Positions 10,986-23,195 are shown, numbered from the whole stretch's first letter. The stretch: DNA of 63,987 nucleotides, filler included, from Rhabdomonas costata (GCA_019059605.1; 56 parts of 56 records of this genome joined end to end with filler, not necessarily neighbours in it), one strand, 5' to 3'. Notes: generated by a model not told the origin, from the sequence alone. A program made the numbers and translations.

Positions 10986-13900
10986 GTCTCGGCGCGCAGC
11001 AGTTGAGTCAGCCGCAAGGGATTGGCTGCAAAGTGGTCCTTCGACACAGAGAGACAGTGTACACTGGACAGTCAGCCAGGGTCCAGTTCGAGCTCCATTC
11101 AGCTCACCGCACAAGAGACTTGTAGGCTTCTGCAGGGTGGGCTTCAGGTGGCCAAGAAGCATTTGCCTGTCCTCGTTCGGCGTGAGTTGCGCTGTGGGCG
11201 CCATTCATAGAACCTCCAACACACGGCGCAAAAGGAATACGAAAGAGCCGCCAAGGAGGCGCCACTACCCCAGTCTGAAAGGTCAGGAAGCCCTGACCCC
11301 AAGGACCGGCCCTGCATCGTTTCGGTAGGCCTCCTGAAAAAAACCCNNNNNNNNNNNNNNNNNNNNNNNNNNNNNNNNNNNNNNNNNNNNTTAATTAATT
11401 AANNNNNNNNNNNNNNNNNNNNNNNNNNNNNNNNNNNNNNNNNNNNGGGGGTGTTGGACATCGGCCACGAGGCGTACATCGTGAAGATGGACGAGCATCC
11501 TGCAGCGGGCTTGCTGGACATTTCTCCCTCGGTGTGGAACTTGTTTCTCTTCCCAACAATTCCTCTTCCAATTCGTTTGACGTTGTATTGCTTCCGTTGA
11601 CAAAAAACCCATGCTTCTCATTCTTGTGGTTCTTGTGGTCGTTCTTGTCGTTGCTCGGGCCCCAGCACTCACTGCGCTTGAGAGCCCTTCGAAGTTTCGT
11701 GCGCGATGGGACACATTGGTTCGTACTCGCCTTTGCCTTGGGCAGTCTGTTGTGGTCGGACGATCTACCGGGACTTAGTCTGAATACCAGCCTGTAGGGT
11801 CCTTACGGCGACCCCTGGGAACGAGAGATTTGCGGTTAAGGCACGGGAGTGACGTTGAGGGGTAACAGGGGATGCTGGTGTTATCTTTTTCTCAGCCCGG
11901 ACCAGCTGCCTCTCCTTCACCTCCGCAGCCCAAACCCCTGGTGCTCTATGTTGCCTTCCGCATGTGCCTAATACGGTGGTCTAATACGGCATCATCATCG
12001 GCCACCAAAATCACGGGTCGAGGTCGATTTGAAAAAATTTCTTCAAAAAATTTCTGGTTTTGCTGTGTTTTGTTTATTGGCTACTCTTTGTTTTAGCTGA
12101 AAGAAGAAGTTGCAAATTTTTGCAGAAAAAACTACAAACCAGGTTTCGTTCCAACTGTCAACCTCTCCGCTGCTTTTGTGCAATACTTTACAAAACGGTT
12201 TGCCTCTCGCACGTGAAGCCGAAAGGTTCTTTATTCACAGTGGTCGCATCCCGCTGCTTCTTCTACATCGCTGCCGCCAGCTCCCCTGCCCAAACCCGTG
12301 GTGTGCTGTGCTGTGTGGCACCATTGTCCCGTACGGTACTCTGAGAATTAAATGGGCAGGTGAGTCCATTTCCGGGATGTGGGAGTTGTGAGGTCATGAA
12401 CAGACAACCTTGAGGGAAATTCAAAAAAGCGACAATGCCCTTGCTTTTATGCAAAGACAACCTCAATAAAGGCCAAAATTGAGAAAAACANNNNNNNNNN
12501 NNNNNNNNNNNNNNNNNNNNNNNNNNNNNNNNNNTTAATTAATTAANNNNNNNNNNNNNNNNNNNNNNNNNNNNNNNNNNNNNNNNNNNNGGGTGTCAGT
12601 GGGTGTGGTGTTGCAAGGTTCTCTGGGGCGATGGTGCGTTGGTTGTCGGAGTGTAGTTGTTGGCTTTGCTTGTTGCGTGGTGCGTTGGATGTTGGTGTTC
12701 CGGTCTCACGGTCTTCGGGTCTGTTGCTGTTCCTGTTGCTGTTGGGTTATGGTATCGATGCGTAGGGTGTGATGTTGGTTGTTGATGCGATGGGTTAGTG
12801 CTTTGTGTGTTCCTCTGTTACGGTGTGTTGGTGTCAGGAGCTTGGGGTGTCGATGCGTAGGATGGTGTAATGTTACGATGTGTTCTTGTGTTACGGTATG
12901 GCGTGTTTCCGATGCCTTTCTGTGTCTGCTGGTTTGTGACGATAGTGATACGATATGCATGTTACTTTTTCCTGATGCGTTGTGTCATGGTATAATGGTA
13001 ATGTGTCTCCGAATCTAGGGTTTCATGGATCGAGGAGTGATGGATGTTGTGAGGTTATAGGCGTAGGGTGATGTCAGCATTCTTACCAGGTTGGAAGAAG
13101 AAGAAGCCCTCACCTACTGCTCGGTCGTGCATCCTACGTCGAATGCCCACCTTACCACCACCAGATGCCCACCTACCCACCTACCTGGGTGGTACCTGAC
13201 CTCTACTACGCATGGCCTTTACGTGATCATGCTACCCTCCAAATACCACCACATGACCCCAAGATAGAGACTTCATAAGACAATCATACGTGCATCTGAT
13301 ACCCCCTGACCCTCCGGTGGGTCTCTTGACTTTGCTGGTCGTATTCTCGTTCACTAAGTGTGCTCGTATACTCCCTACAAATGATGGTTAATAGGCTCCA
13401 CCACCCTATGGTGCTTACGCCCATTAACCACTACTATGCTCGTCTCAAAATGTCTTGCTACGCTCAACATACTCGACTCTGGAACACATACACCAACCAC
13501 AAATACCGAAGACCAAACACAGAACTCAAAAACCCCAACCACAACTCAAAAATCCTAACCCCAGAACCCAAAAACCAAAACACTAACCAAGAAATTCAAC
13601 CCCGAACTCAAAACCTGAAGAGGAAGACCAAAAANNNNNNNNNNNNNNNNNNNNNNNNNNNNNNNNNNNNNNNNNNNNTTAATTAATTAANNNNNNNNNN
13701 NNNNNNNNNNNNNNNNNNNNNNNNNNNNNNNNNNTTAGCGTGTGGTGTGGAGTGCATACAACAGTAGCCTTAGCCCACTTCGTACGGTCACCTTACACAT
13801 AGCCGTATCCTTCACCACGAACTATGCGAGCGCCCAACCACTGGAGGCTGTCAGTCATTGCCACTACGCGTGGTTAACCGGTACAGCTCACCTCCATCAG

Positions 13901-15139
13901 GATTCACCGTAGTGTGTGCTACCGGTCCCTCTGTGCCTTGGCATCACCGTCTGTGGGTTTACGCTATAGCCTGGCATCCATCATCAGGTCTTTCATCTGA
14001 CGCCCAACTACGCCTTGTACCTCATTGCTGCTCCTACGTTACGTATGGTTAGCCTAACACGTGGTTCCAGCATCGCTGAGTTACAATGTGGATCTAGCGC
14101 CTTGGTTCAACTTCACTTCATGCGTCCATGGGTTACTGACCTCGTGAGCATCGTCGTTGTCGTCGGGTGGGTCCGGTGCTGGTGTTGCGTCTCAAGTGGT
14201 GTTGCCTACGGATTGTTTGCTGGTGGGAGTGCTGGTGTTGATGTTGCGGTTCTGCGTGCTCGGTGGGAGCTTGTGCATGGGTGGGTATGTGCTTCAGTGT
14301 GTGGTAGTGTGCTTAGGGTTCCTTATGTGTGCGTGGGCGTGTGTTCTTGTTGTTGTTGCTGTTGTTCCTGTAGCGTAGGTTGTAGCATAGGGTGTTTTTT
14401 GTAACGGAGTCGGAGTCGTTGTTGTTGGTGCGATTGGCCGCCGACACCTTCAGCTGAACTCTTGCCCCCGTGTTTATGCACGAGAGATGCTTTCACACCC
14501 CAAAGGCCACTACCATGTGTCCGTGCTCACCAAAGCAGATGAAATACACGCTTGACTGATCAGCGTCCATTTCACCACCACCTGCGCTGGGAACCCGAAA
14601 TCACTGGCCCGCCGTCGTCAAGCACAAAATGACATGCACGAGCGTTCCCCTCGTCTTCGCAACCTCGGGCCCCTACTCCCATCCCTCATCGGGTCTATCT
14701 CTACCATCATCCCTCATCGTCGCGGACCGCTTCTCCCAACATCCCCATTTACGTGTCTACACAGGCGCACCACCCCTTTCNNNNNNNNNNNNNNNNNNNN
14801 NNNNNNNNNNNNNNNNNNNNNNNNTTAATTAATTAANNNNNNNNNNNNNNNNNNNNNNNNNNNNNNNNNNNNNNNNNNNNAGTGAGTGAGTGTGGGTGGG
14901 TGGGTGATTCTGCATGTTGTTGGAGAAGGCCACGTGGGATTTTATCAAATATTCCTTTTTCTTCCAAATATTGCAATGATTAGCTGTTGAGGATCAAGAT
15001 TGATGGCAGCGTACATTTGGTTGGCATCGATTCAGGTGCGCGCGGCATGAAAATGCTGGAAAGGTAAAACCGCCCAGACGGGCGGCTGCGCAAAGGCGTA
15101 GGGTTGGCCCGGTCAGTGCCGTCGCGATGCCATACGCAG

Positions 15140-15737
15140 GGTATGCACGACTTGCTTGTCCCGTTTGTGAGGACTCTGATGGAGGACACTACCAGGGCTG
15201 CTTCAGAGAGCCAGTCTGCTGGTATGATATCGGTGTACCCTTTTGGTTGGTTAATATTTTCTTGTACTTTTGTTTTGTTAAAAAGCCCTTTAACCCCATT
15301 CTCGTTTCCATTGCCCATTTGTGACTGGGGCGGTTGTTCAGCACTAAGCGGAGCATCGCCCACCTCAAGGAACGTCTCAGAAAATAAGAAATAAGAAATA
15401 ACGATTTATAATTGTTTACATTGTTTTGTTCCCTACTTTCTTACTTACTTTCTTTCTTTTTTATTACGGTCTTTGAATCCTAATTCCCTGTTGGGTGGTT
15501 TTTGTTGGGTGGGGTTTTTTCGTTTCGCTTTTTTTATACTTCCGTTTGCTGTAGAACTGGGAACTGGTTGGTGGCCGGAACAAGTTGACAGGCAAGGTTT
15601 ATGCTTGCATTTTTGTGGTCGGTTTCGAGGCCCCTTCGAGGGAGAGAACGCTGAGCTTCGACGCCTTTTCATGGAACTGTTCGATCCCGGATCCGTCGAG
15701 GCCGACAGCTACCTGGTTTTTGACAAACTAATGAACG
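15140..15737 (+). CDS. TBC/RabGAP domain protein (TBC1D5/Gyp6-like); exons 15140-15221 and 15630-15737
   Basis: (YxQ)GMHDLLVPF and EADSYLVFDKLM are the two conserved TBC motifs. The phase-1 intron 15222-15629 (GT...GAG) joins them in frame. Confidence 0.85.
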
Positions 15738-16025
15738 GTGTGCCAGAGTGTCCTGACGAGCCAGCTGTTGACATCCATGTCTTGAGGTGGACTTTTCGTT
15801 TCGTTATCTCTTTACGTGGTCAGACGGCAAGGTAAGGGTGCAAGAGATACGAAATTGGCACCCCCCCCCCTCCCCGTCGGTGCAAGTTCAGGAAATCCGG
15901 ACTCTAAGGATGGGTCCCACCCACANNNNNNNNNNNNNNNNNNNNNNNNNNNNNNNNNNNNNNNNNNNNTTAATTAATTAANNNNNNNNNNNNNNNNNNN
16001 NNNNNNNNNNNNNNNNNNNNNNNNN

Positions 16026-16390
16026 TTTTTTGTTGGTGCCAGCGCTTGCAAACGATCACCATGCCATGGGGAGCTCTGTCATCCAGCAGGAAAACCAGAT
16101 GGTCATGCGCTTCCAAAATTGCAGCCTCTAATCCAGGTAAACCTTGCGGCTCAGGGCGGTGAGTGCCATCTTGCGCCTTTCTGGCCCAGTTCTTCTTGCA
16201 AGCTGCGTATACCGCATCCTCACAGTCCTCGAGCTTTGTGAAACGCGTGGGGTTACTCTGTGTTGGAACGCGCACAACCTGATAATGAAGAAGAGGCAGC
16301 GTCTGCGTGCGGTCGTACGTTAGTTTGTGGATGCGCAGGATGCCCACCCGGATGCCACTGCATCTGCATCTGCTTCTGGCGGTGCTGGAG
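16026..16390 (-). mobile_element. Penelope-like element RT N-terminal fragment, subfamily A (decayed)
   Basis: KLEDCEDAVYAACKKNW...LVFLLDDRAPHGMVIVCKRWHQ. Closely similar at DNA level to 37150-37360. Confidence 0.8.
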
Positions 16391-16392
16391 TG

Positions 16393-16465
16393 GGTGTGTG
16401 TGCGGGTTTTGGTGTGCGTGTGCGTGTGTGTTTTCGTGTGTTTGTGTGTGTGTGTGTTTGTGTGT
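16393..16465 (+). repeat. Imperfect (GT)n microsatellite between two divergently oriented PLE fragments
   Basis: Seen directly. Confidence 0.9.
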
Positions 16466-17068
16466 GAGGCCAGACCAAGAGCATTTGAACCAGGAGGGCC
16501 ATGTGTGCACTGTAGACACCCGCATTTTGCGGTGGCCTTACCTCAGGACCATAGGACCATGGTTCAGCGCGGCAGGAAGTTCAGGCTGGACGTCGACATG
16601 GAAGACGTCTTCCTGAGCCTGCGCAAAGCTCTTGAGGAGTACTGCCTGTGGGTATCTAGAGGCAAAGCCGACCGGTACTACGCCTTGGAAAAGTGGGCGG
16701 ATGCCGTCTACTAGCACTGCAGGAGGAATTGATCCGAGAAGCTGCAAAGCCCTGGCTTTGTGCCGGAGAACCCCTCTGAGTACCCGCACCTTCGCCGCGT
16801 GATCCAGGAGACACACACGACTTTGGTCTTCCTCCTCGATGATCGTGCGCCCCACGGTTTCTTCGTGGTGTGCAAGCGGTGGTACCATAGGGAGATGGCG
16901 AAATACCTCGCTGATAACAACGTCTTCTAGCCCGTCAGCATGACATGGGGAGAAGGTTGTGAAGGAGGCGAAAGAACTCAATGAGCGAGGTGAATTCACC
17001 ACGGGAACCGGAATTGTATACAATTACTGCATCTGGAAGCCCACCAAGGGCAAGTTCCGGTTCATCGC
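16456..17068 (+). mobile_element. Penelope-like element (Naiad/Chlamys-type) linker and RT N-terminus, subfamily B, pseudogenised
   Basis: CLC..H....GHVCTVDTRIL, RGRKFR, EKWADAVY, DDRAPHGFFVVCKRWY and YCIWKPTKGKFRFIA align in order with the PLE motifs GHVxTGD, KGPKYR, EW, DKAxNNxxFVCKxxY and YWxPKLHK...RFIA. Contains in-frame stops and frameshifts. Confidence 0.8.
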
Positions 17069-20000
17069 NNNNNNNNNNNNNNNNNNNNNNNNNNNNNNNN
17101 NNNNNNNNNNNNTTAATTAATTAANNNNNNNNNNNNNNNNNNNNNNNNNNNNNNNNNNNNNNNNNNNNGGGGGTGGTTACAAGAATCACCTGGTTAGAAA
17201 GTGTAACGTTTTGCCTTTCCTCTCTGCTTGCAATTGCATCTCCGGCCGCAGAGCTTTGCCACTTTGCTGTGTGGCCTCCCTTTGCCAGACATTGTTCCTG
17301 AGTGGCTTTTGATGGGCTTGTGCTACAGCTCCGTTCTCGGTCTTTCCTCTCGTTGTCGGCCGCATCAGGTCGTGTCGATTCCACATCGACACCATCAAGA
17401 AGAACGATTGATTGGCGATTCGTGCGCAGTCATGTCCCGGACTCTGGATGGTTCACCGCTCAAAATTAGATTCTGTCGAGAGTCCCTTCCTCAGAGTGAG
17501 ATGCTGGCTGGGGGCACAGGACTGGTATGGAACATCATACTCGAGTTTGGGATGTTCCGCCCATTCTTTCTCCGACGTGGTGTGAGCTCCACCGAATACC
17601 GTCCCATCACCCCTCCGTCAGTGCATCCTCCGCCTTCACCCCCCTCCCCTCGTCCACTGTGGAGCTCTAAGTCGTTTCTGAGGACGCGTCTTGTAAATGA
17701 GAGTTCAGTTTGATATTTTTCAGTTTCCTGCATTTTCTAATTTTCGTTTTGCGTCATCCCTTGCAGCAGCTTTACCGTTTCTCAGTTGTTGCCATATCTT
17801 GGCGTCCACCTTATCACTCTGACCTCCTCTGCTTTGGCGAATGCCGCTCTTCCCTCAATCTCCTGTGGGCTGGCAATGACCTTTGCAGGTACAATGCATA
17901 AGCAAGCACAAAGAGTCTCCCTGCATCTTCAGAAGACGCAGGAGCTTTCGCACATGAAGATACCTTGAGTCTGGCAGTGACCTCCTCCCCACACCCTGTT
18001 TGCATTTGCTTTTTTTTGCTTCCGGCAAACTTGTCCTCTAACCACGCTCGTACGCGTTAGTGGGGTCGTGGTCCGTCCTGCCATTTTCCTTTCAGTGCAA
18101 ATTCGGTTCTTTGATCTTTGGTACTCTTCACCATTCTCAGTGAGCACTCCTGCCCACACACACACTCACACATACTGGGCCTTTCTCCGACAAAGTCGGT
18201 TCCCCCCCCAACCNNNNNNNNNNNNNNNNNNNNNNNNNNNNNNNNNNNNNNNNNNNNTTAATTAATTAANNNNNNNNNNNNNNNNNNNNNNNNNNNNNNN
18301 NNNNNNNNNNNNNGTGGGGTGTGGTCGGTGCTGATTGCGCCGTGCCTGTTGAGGACAATTCGACTGGGTCCAAAGGTCATGATTTTGCTCCGGCTGCTGG
18401 AATGAAACCGCTGGGTTCAGCCTCACCTTCGGATACAGATCCACCCACCTGTTTTATTCTCCAGTATGCTGATGATTATTTCTCGGTTCTTCATTTTTGG
18501 TTTGGTTTCTGGGAATCACTGCTGCGACGAACAGTAAAGTGCAAGATCTCTTATCTGCATGGTAAAAAAGAAGGTTGAAAAGGTGAATAATTCCGAAACT
18601 TTCCAGTACTCCTTGACTTGGGCCTCGTTGTGATCCTGAGACACAGCCCTGTCCCAGATTCCTTCCTGAAGCATGAACTTTCCTCGCTTACTTCTGAAGC
18701 TTCCAAAAGGACCCAAAAAAGCGCAAATGGGACCCAATGCTCATAAAATGCTCAGAAGTGGCCAAAACTTGGGGGTGGGGACTTGCTCTATCTGTACTTA
18801 AATAGCATTACCCCCCATCCTCGGAAAAGTCAATGCTGAGATTGGTCCATGGCATTTGAGCAGTTATTGTCCGAACACTGACTCGTGGTGAGGGGAAGAG
18901 GGGGCTGAAAAGCAGAATTATTTTACCATTTTCAGGATCCTTTTTCTTCTGAGATGTATCTTGTTGTTTATTTTCCCTAACGGCATGCTCCTCAAACGTG
19001 CCAAAGCTGAAAACCAGTTTCATCTGACCTCCTCCCCATGGAAGACAATGTTATTGGGCTGCCTACTGTAGAACGAACACAGTCAGGTTTGGGATGGAGG
19101 GATGGGACAAGTGAGAAGAGTATGTACCCTAACCCATATCAAAGCGAAAGTCTGTTCCTTCGTTCTTGCTGTTAAGACATTTACATTGCGAGCACGTTAC
19201 CAATCGATTGTGGTGGTCCTGGCGAACCCAGCCATCGAGCAATCGTTCGCTTCAATTCCGTTTCACTTCGATTTCTGAGTCCTGTGCCCTGCTTTCAGGC
19301 TTTGCAAGGACATCTTCGGAAATTTGGTTCCCTCGTCAACCACCCTACCACTGAAAACNNNNNNNNNNNNNNNNNNNNNNNNNNNNNNNNNNNNNNNNNN
19401 NNTTAATTAATTAANNNNNNNNNNNNNNNNNNNNNNNNNNNNNNNNNNNNNNNNNNNNTGTTGTTGGTTCATTCCTTCAAGTTGTATAAATTATCCATTC
19501 TTTTTCTTACAAATTTTTGTGTTTTATGAATAAGTCCTTCCAAATTTTGAGATTATTTACACGTTTTGGCTCCACCAAATTAAAGAAACTTACTATCACA
19601 ATCCCCACCCGCAGTAAAGAAAAAAATAAAATGGGACGTGGTTGGGGCTGTGATCAGTGGGTTCAAACCCTGATGAAGGTCTCAAAGATCAGGCTTGAAG
19701 CAGTGGACATGGTTCTCTGGTAATTTTATCCCGATTACAAAGCGCCCCTCCCCTCCCCTCCCGCATTTCTAGTCATGTTTTATTCGCAAGACTGCACCTT
19801 GGCGTTTTCCTACAACGCAAAGAGGGGGTTGGGGGTGGCGAGTCGAACTCAGCCCAATTCGGAGAGTTTGAGCGGGAATTGAACTGTCATTGGGTGCTTT
19901 TGGTGGTTGAAGGAATGGGCTGTCAATGTTTGGAAATCGGGAGGTTATTTGCGTACTGCATTCTGACCTGGACTGAAACACCCCAGCTGTAAACAGACAG

Positions 20001-20611
20001 CAAAAGAAGGAAAGCTTCGGAACTGGATTCCCTTCCTTGATGAACAGCTGTGGGCGGACCGACGGAAGAACCGGGAAGAGATTGGGACCTTGCTGCAATC
20101 CTGCATGCGGCAAAAAGACCCAAAAACGGCAGCTCCGACACACTACGGTGTGCACAAACCCAGGGCATGGACAAGGCGTGTAAAGCGAAATTAAATGACC
20201 CCCCCCCATTAAAACCCTGAACCCTGTCCTCCAGTTCCTCTACACCGACACCGGTTTCACGTTGTTTCTTTAGCTGTCATTCCTCCTTGAGAGCTAACCC
20301 TCTGCAAGGCCCTTCGGATGCCTGACGCTTGAGTTTATTAAAATTAATTTTGACGGCCCTGCGTGCTGCATGCAGTGAGCTTGTATCCCGCATGGGCGTT
20401 GGGGTCTGCTGTCTGGTGAGGTGGTCACAAAAAAATAGGTGCATAGGACTGTCGCCTGAATCCGCCACCCAACACGAGGTGAGAATTTTTCTCACCCCGG
20501 CTTNNNNNNNNNNNNNNNNNNNNNNNNNNNNNNNNNNNNNNNNNNNNTTAATTAATTAANNNNNNNNNNNNNNNNNNNNNNNNNNNNNNNNNNNNNNNNN
20601 NNNTGTGGTTT

Positions 20612-21163
20612 TGCAGGCGCAAGTAATACAACGGCAATACCCGTGGTTTAGGGAGTGGAACGCCTATTCCAGTGACGAGGTAGCCTTATTTAGTAGGCAT
20701 GGTTTCGGTTTCGGTTTCCTAATTTCGCTTGGGGTTATAAGTTGGTCCTTTTGCCTCATACTCTTGCATCTTGGGTTTAAGCAGCAAGATGGGTGGTGGT
20801 ATGGGGGGTATGGGTTAGGTTGGGGCAGTGTCTTGCATGTAGGGTGAGTGTAGGGGCTTGGCAGGGTATGTAGCGCAGGGTTTGAGGCATTGGGTCTGGG
20901 CATCGTATTGAGTGGAGGGCTGAGATTCCGGTGTGCATTTAACTTCCGCTTAGGTTGTGGGTGTCGTTTTTTGGTTCAGGGTTCGGGGTTCGGTTTCACA
21001 TTTGGGTTTGCCTTCGGGCCGTGAGTTCTCGGTCTCCGTTGATTGGTTCTTGGTTCTGCAGGCGCAAGTAATACAACGGCAATACCCGTGGTTTAGGGAG
21101 TGGAACGCCTATTCCAGTGACGAGGTAGCCTTATTTAGTAGGCATGGTTTCGGTTTCGGTTTC
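20612..21163 (+). repeat. 107-bp perfect direct repeat (20612-20718 and 21057-21163), each ending in (GGTTTC)3-4
   Basis: Identical blocks 445 bp apart, each followed by different sequence. Confidence 0.95.
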
Positions 21164-21633
21164 GGTTTCGATTACGGGTTCGGCTTCGATGATGGTCTCT
21201 GGTCTCACGATCTCCTTGCGCTACGAGTTGCTGGTGATGTAGCATCCTTCGCGTTGGTAGTCCTCATGTACAGGGTTCTCATAGTGCTACTCGGCGCCAT
21301 ATCTGCTTTAGGGTCTCTATTCTAAGTCAACCATGCCATCTCTCCACACCAGAATTCGTGACTCGGTTTTCCCCTCCGCACACCACCACCTAACGTTCTC
21401 TGTGTCTGGATTCGTATGATAGGGTCTTGTGTTTATCTGATGGGATATCTCTGTTTCTCATGATCTCCAAGAACTGTGCCAAAGATGGTGATGCTACATT
21501 GGGATTGGAAAGGGTCGCGAGTTCGCCATCTGAATTTCCTGCAAGATTGGGTATTGCCGTTGTATTACTTGCGCCTGCAGAACCAAGAACCAATCAACGG
21601 AGACCGAGAACTCACGGCCCGAAGGCAAACCCA
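21003..21633. repeat. 85-bp perfect inverted repeat (21003-21087 / 21549-21633)
   Basis: Seen directly; the right arm lies at the contig end. Confidence 0.9.
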
Positions 21634-23195
21634 CAAAACCCAACCCCCNNNNNNNNNNNNNNNNNNNNNNNNNNNNNNNNNNNNNNNNNNNNTTAATTAA
21701 TTAANNNNNNNNNNNNNNNNNNNNNNNNNNNNNNNNNNNNNNNNNNNNGGGTGGGTGGAACATCGGTTTCATCGTCCCCCGAAGAAAGCCTTCCCTTTTT
21801 CTTTGTCTTTTTATTTCCAACGGAAAGAAAAGGAAAAGAAAAAGGGAAGGCTTTCCGCGGGGGACGATGAAACCGATGTTCCACCTTCCTTTTAACCACA
21901 GAAATGCAAAAGAAAAAAAAGTGGTGAGAAGAAGGCTTCCACACGTTGTTTGTGATCTGCTTGAGGCTAAGCGTGGAGGACACCAGGGCATCTTTCAGCG
22001 CTAGCAGCGGCGAACCAAACTGGGATTTCTGAACAACACGAGGGAAGGGGTGGCTGAGTGTGCGGTGTTCTGCGTTTCCTCGTTCGTGCAAAACTGCTTC
22101 AAGGTATCGCCCAGAAAAATTCAACGAACACCCTGCATTTGCCGATTTGGGCATCTCGTGTGTATGTCAGCTATTGGAAGCCTGACGGAAGCGAACGACT
22201 GCCCCAACTCCCATTCGGATGAAGTGTGTAGCACGGTTGGGTCCCTGAAATGGTGAAAGTGGGTAAGGATACGAGAAAAGTGGCGAAGGCACGACCGATT
22301 TTTGCGCGCTTTTCTGAACATAAGCCTGGGAGTGGAGCAGGCGGAGGATACTGGCCTGATATGGTGAGCCGGCAACCCACGTCTGACAACAGTGCTATAG
22401 GACCCTCCGTGAGAGCACCCAGGCTAAGCGGGTCTTAGTTTAGAGACAGATTTTCTTTTCAGCATCGCTCCCCTTCACGTGTGAGCGTGTGTTCATTGCA
22501 CAAACATACACAAACGCGAACAAGCGCAACAGCCGCTATGTCAAAGAAGAAAACAAGAAATAGAGGGCACAAGCCTCGAGGCACTGCTGCGCGGCGTCGT
22601 CGCGTGCCGCGGCGAGCACCGCGGAGCGGTCCACGGTGAAGTCCAGAGAAAGAGCCTTGCCCGTCTCCGAGCTCCGCACGGGCTCTGTAACCATCAGAGA
22701 GCCGCGGCGAGCGGGCGGCTGGCGGAGCGATGAGGATCCCGAGAGGTCGATCTGCACCCGAGTGGTGCTGCGGCGCTCCAGAACACAACCCCCNNNNNNN
22801 NNNNNNNNNNNNNNNNNNNNNNNNNNNNNNNNNNNNNTTAATTAATTAANNNNNNNNNNNNNNNNNNNNNNNNNNNNNNNNNNNNNNNNNNNNTTTTTGT
22901 GTGCTTGTGGGGGGGGGGGGGTGAAAGATCGCTTCGCCCTTGTGTCTGAAAAAACGACAGTTTCTGCATTATTTTTTTCTCAATTCCACAGTTCCATCTT
23001 TTCCCAGCTTTTTAGAGCATGTCCTAAACCATTTTTATCGGCGGGAAAGAGAAATCTTCATAGAAATTCCTCTGCTCAATGTTTTTGTGTTAGCTATATT
23101 TGATGTCCGCGTATGGTCTTGTTTCAGCGTTCGTCCCTCGCCTCCCGCCTCCCATTCTTTATCCATCTGCCTTTATCCATCTACTGTCTCCGCAG

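Noticed and set aside
16690-16945. In-frame TAG/TGA in the PLE frame suggesting stop-codon reassignment
   Set aside because: The stops co-occur with frameshifts and are single-base changes from codons in the sister copy (TGG, GAG). Host exons show no internal stops.
21754-21885. ~51-bp inverted repeat with a short internal mismatch
   Set aside because: It lies at the contig start; probably a natural short IR extended by fold-back.
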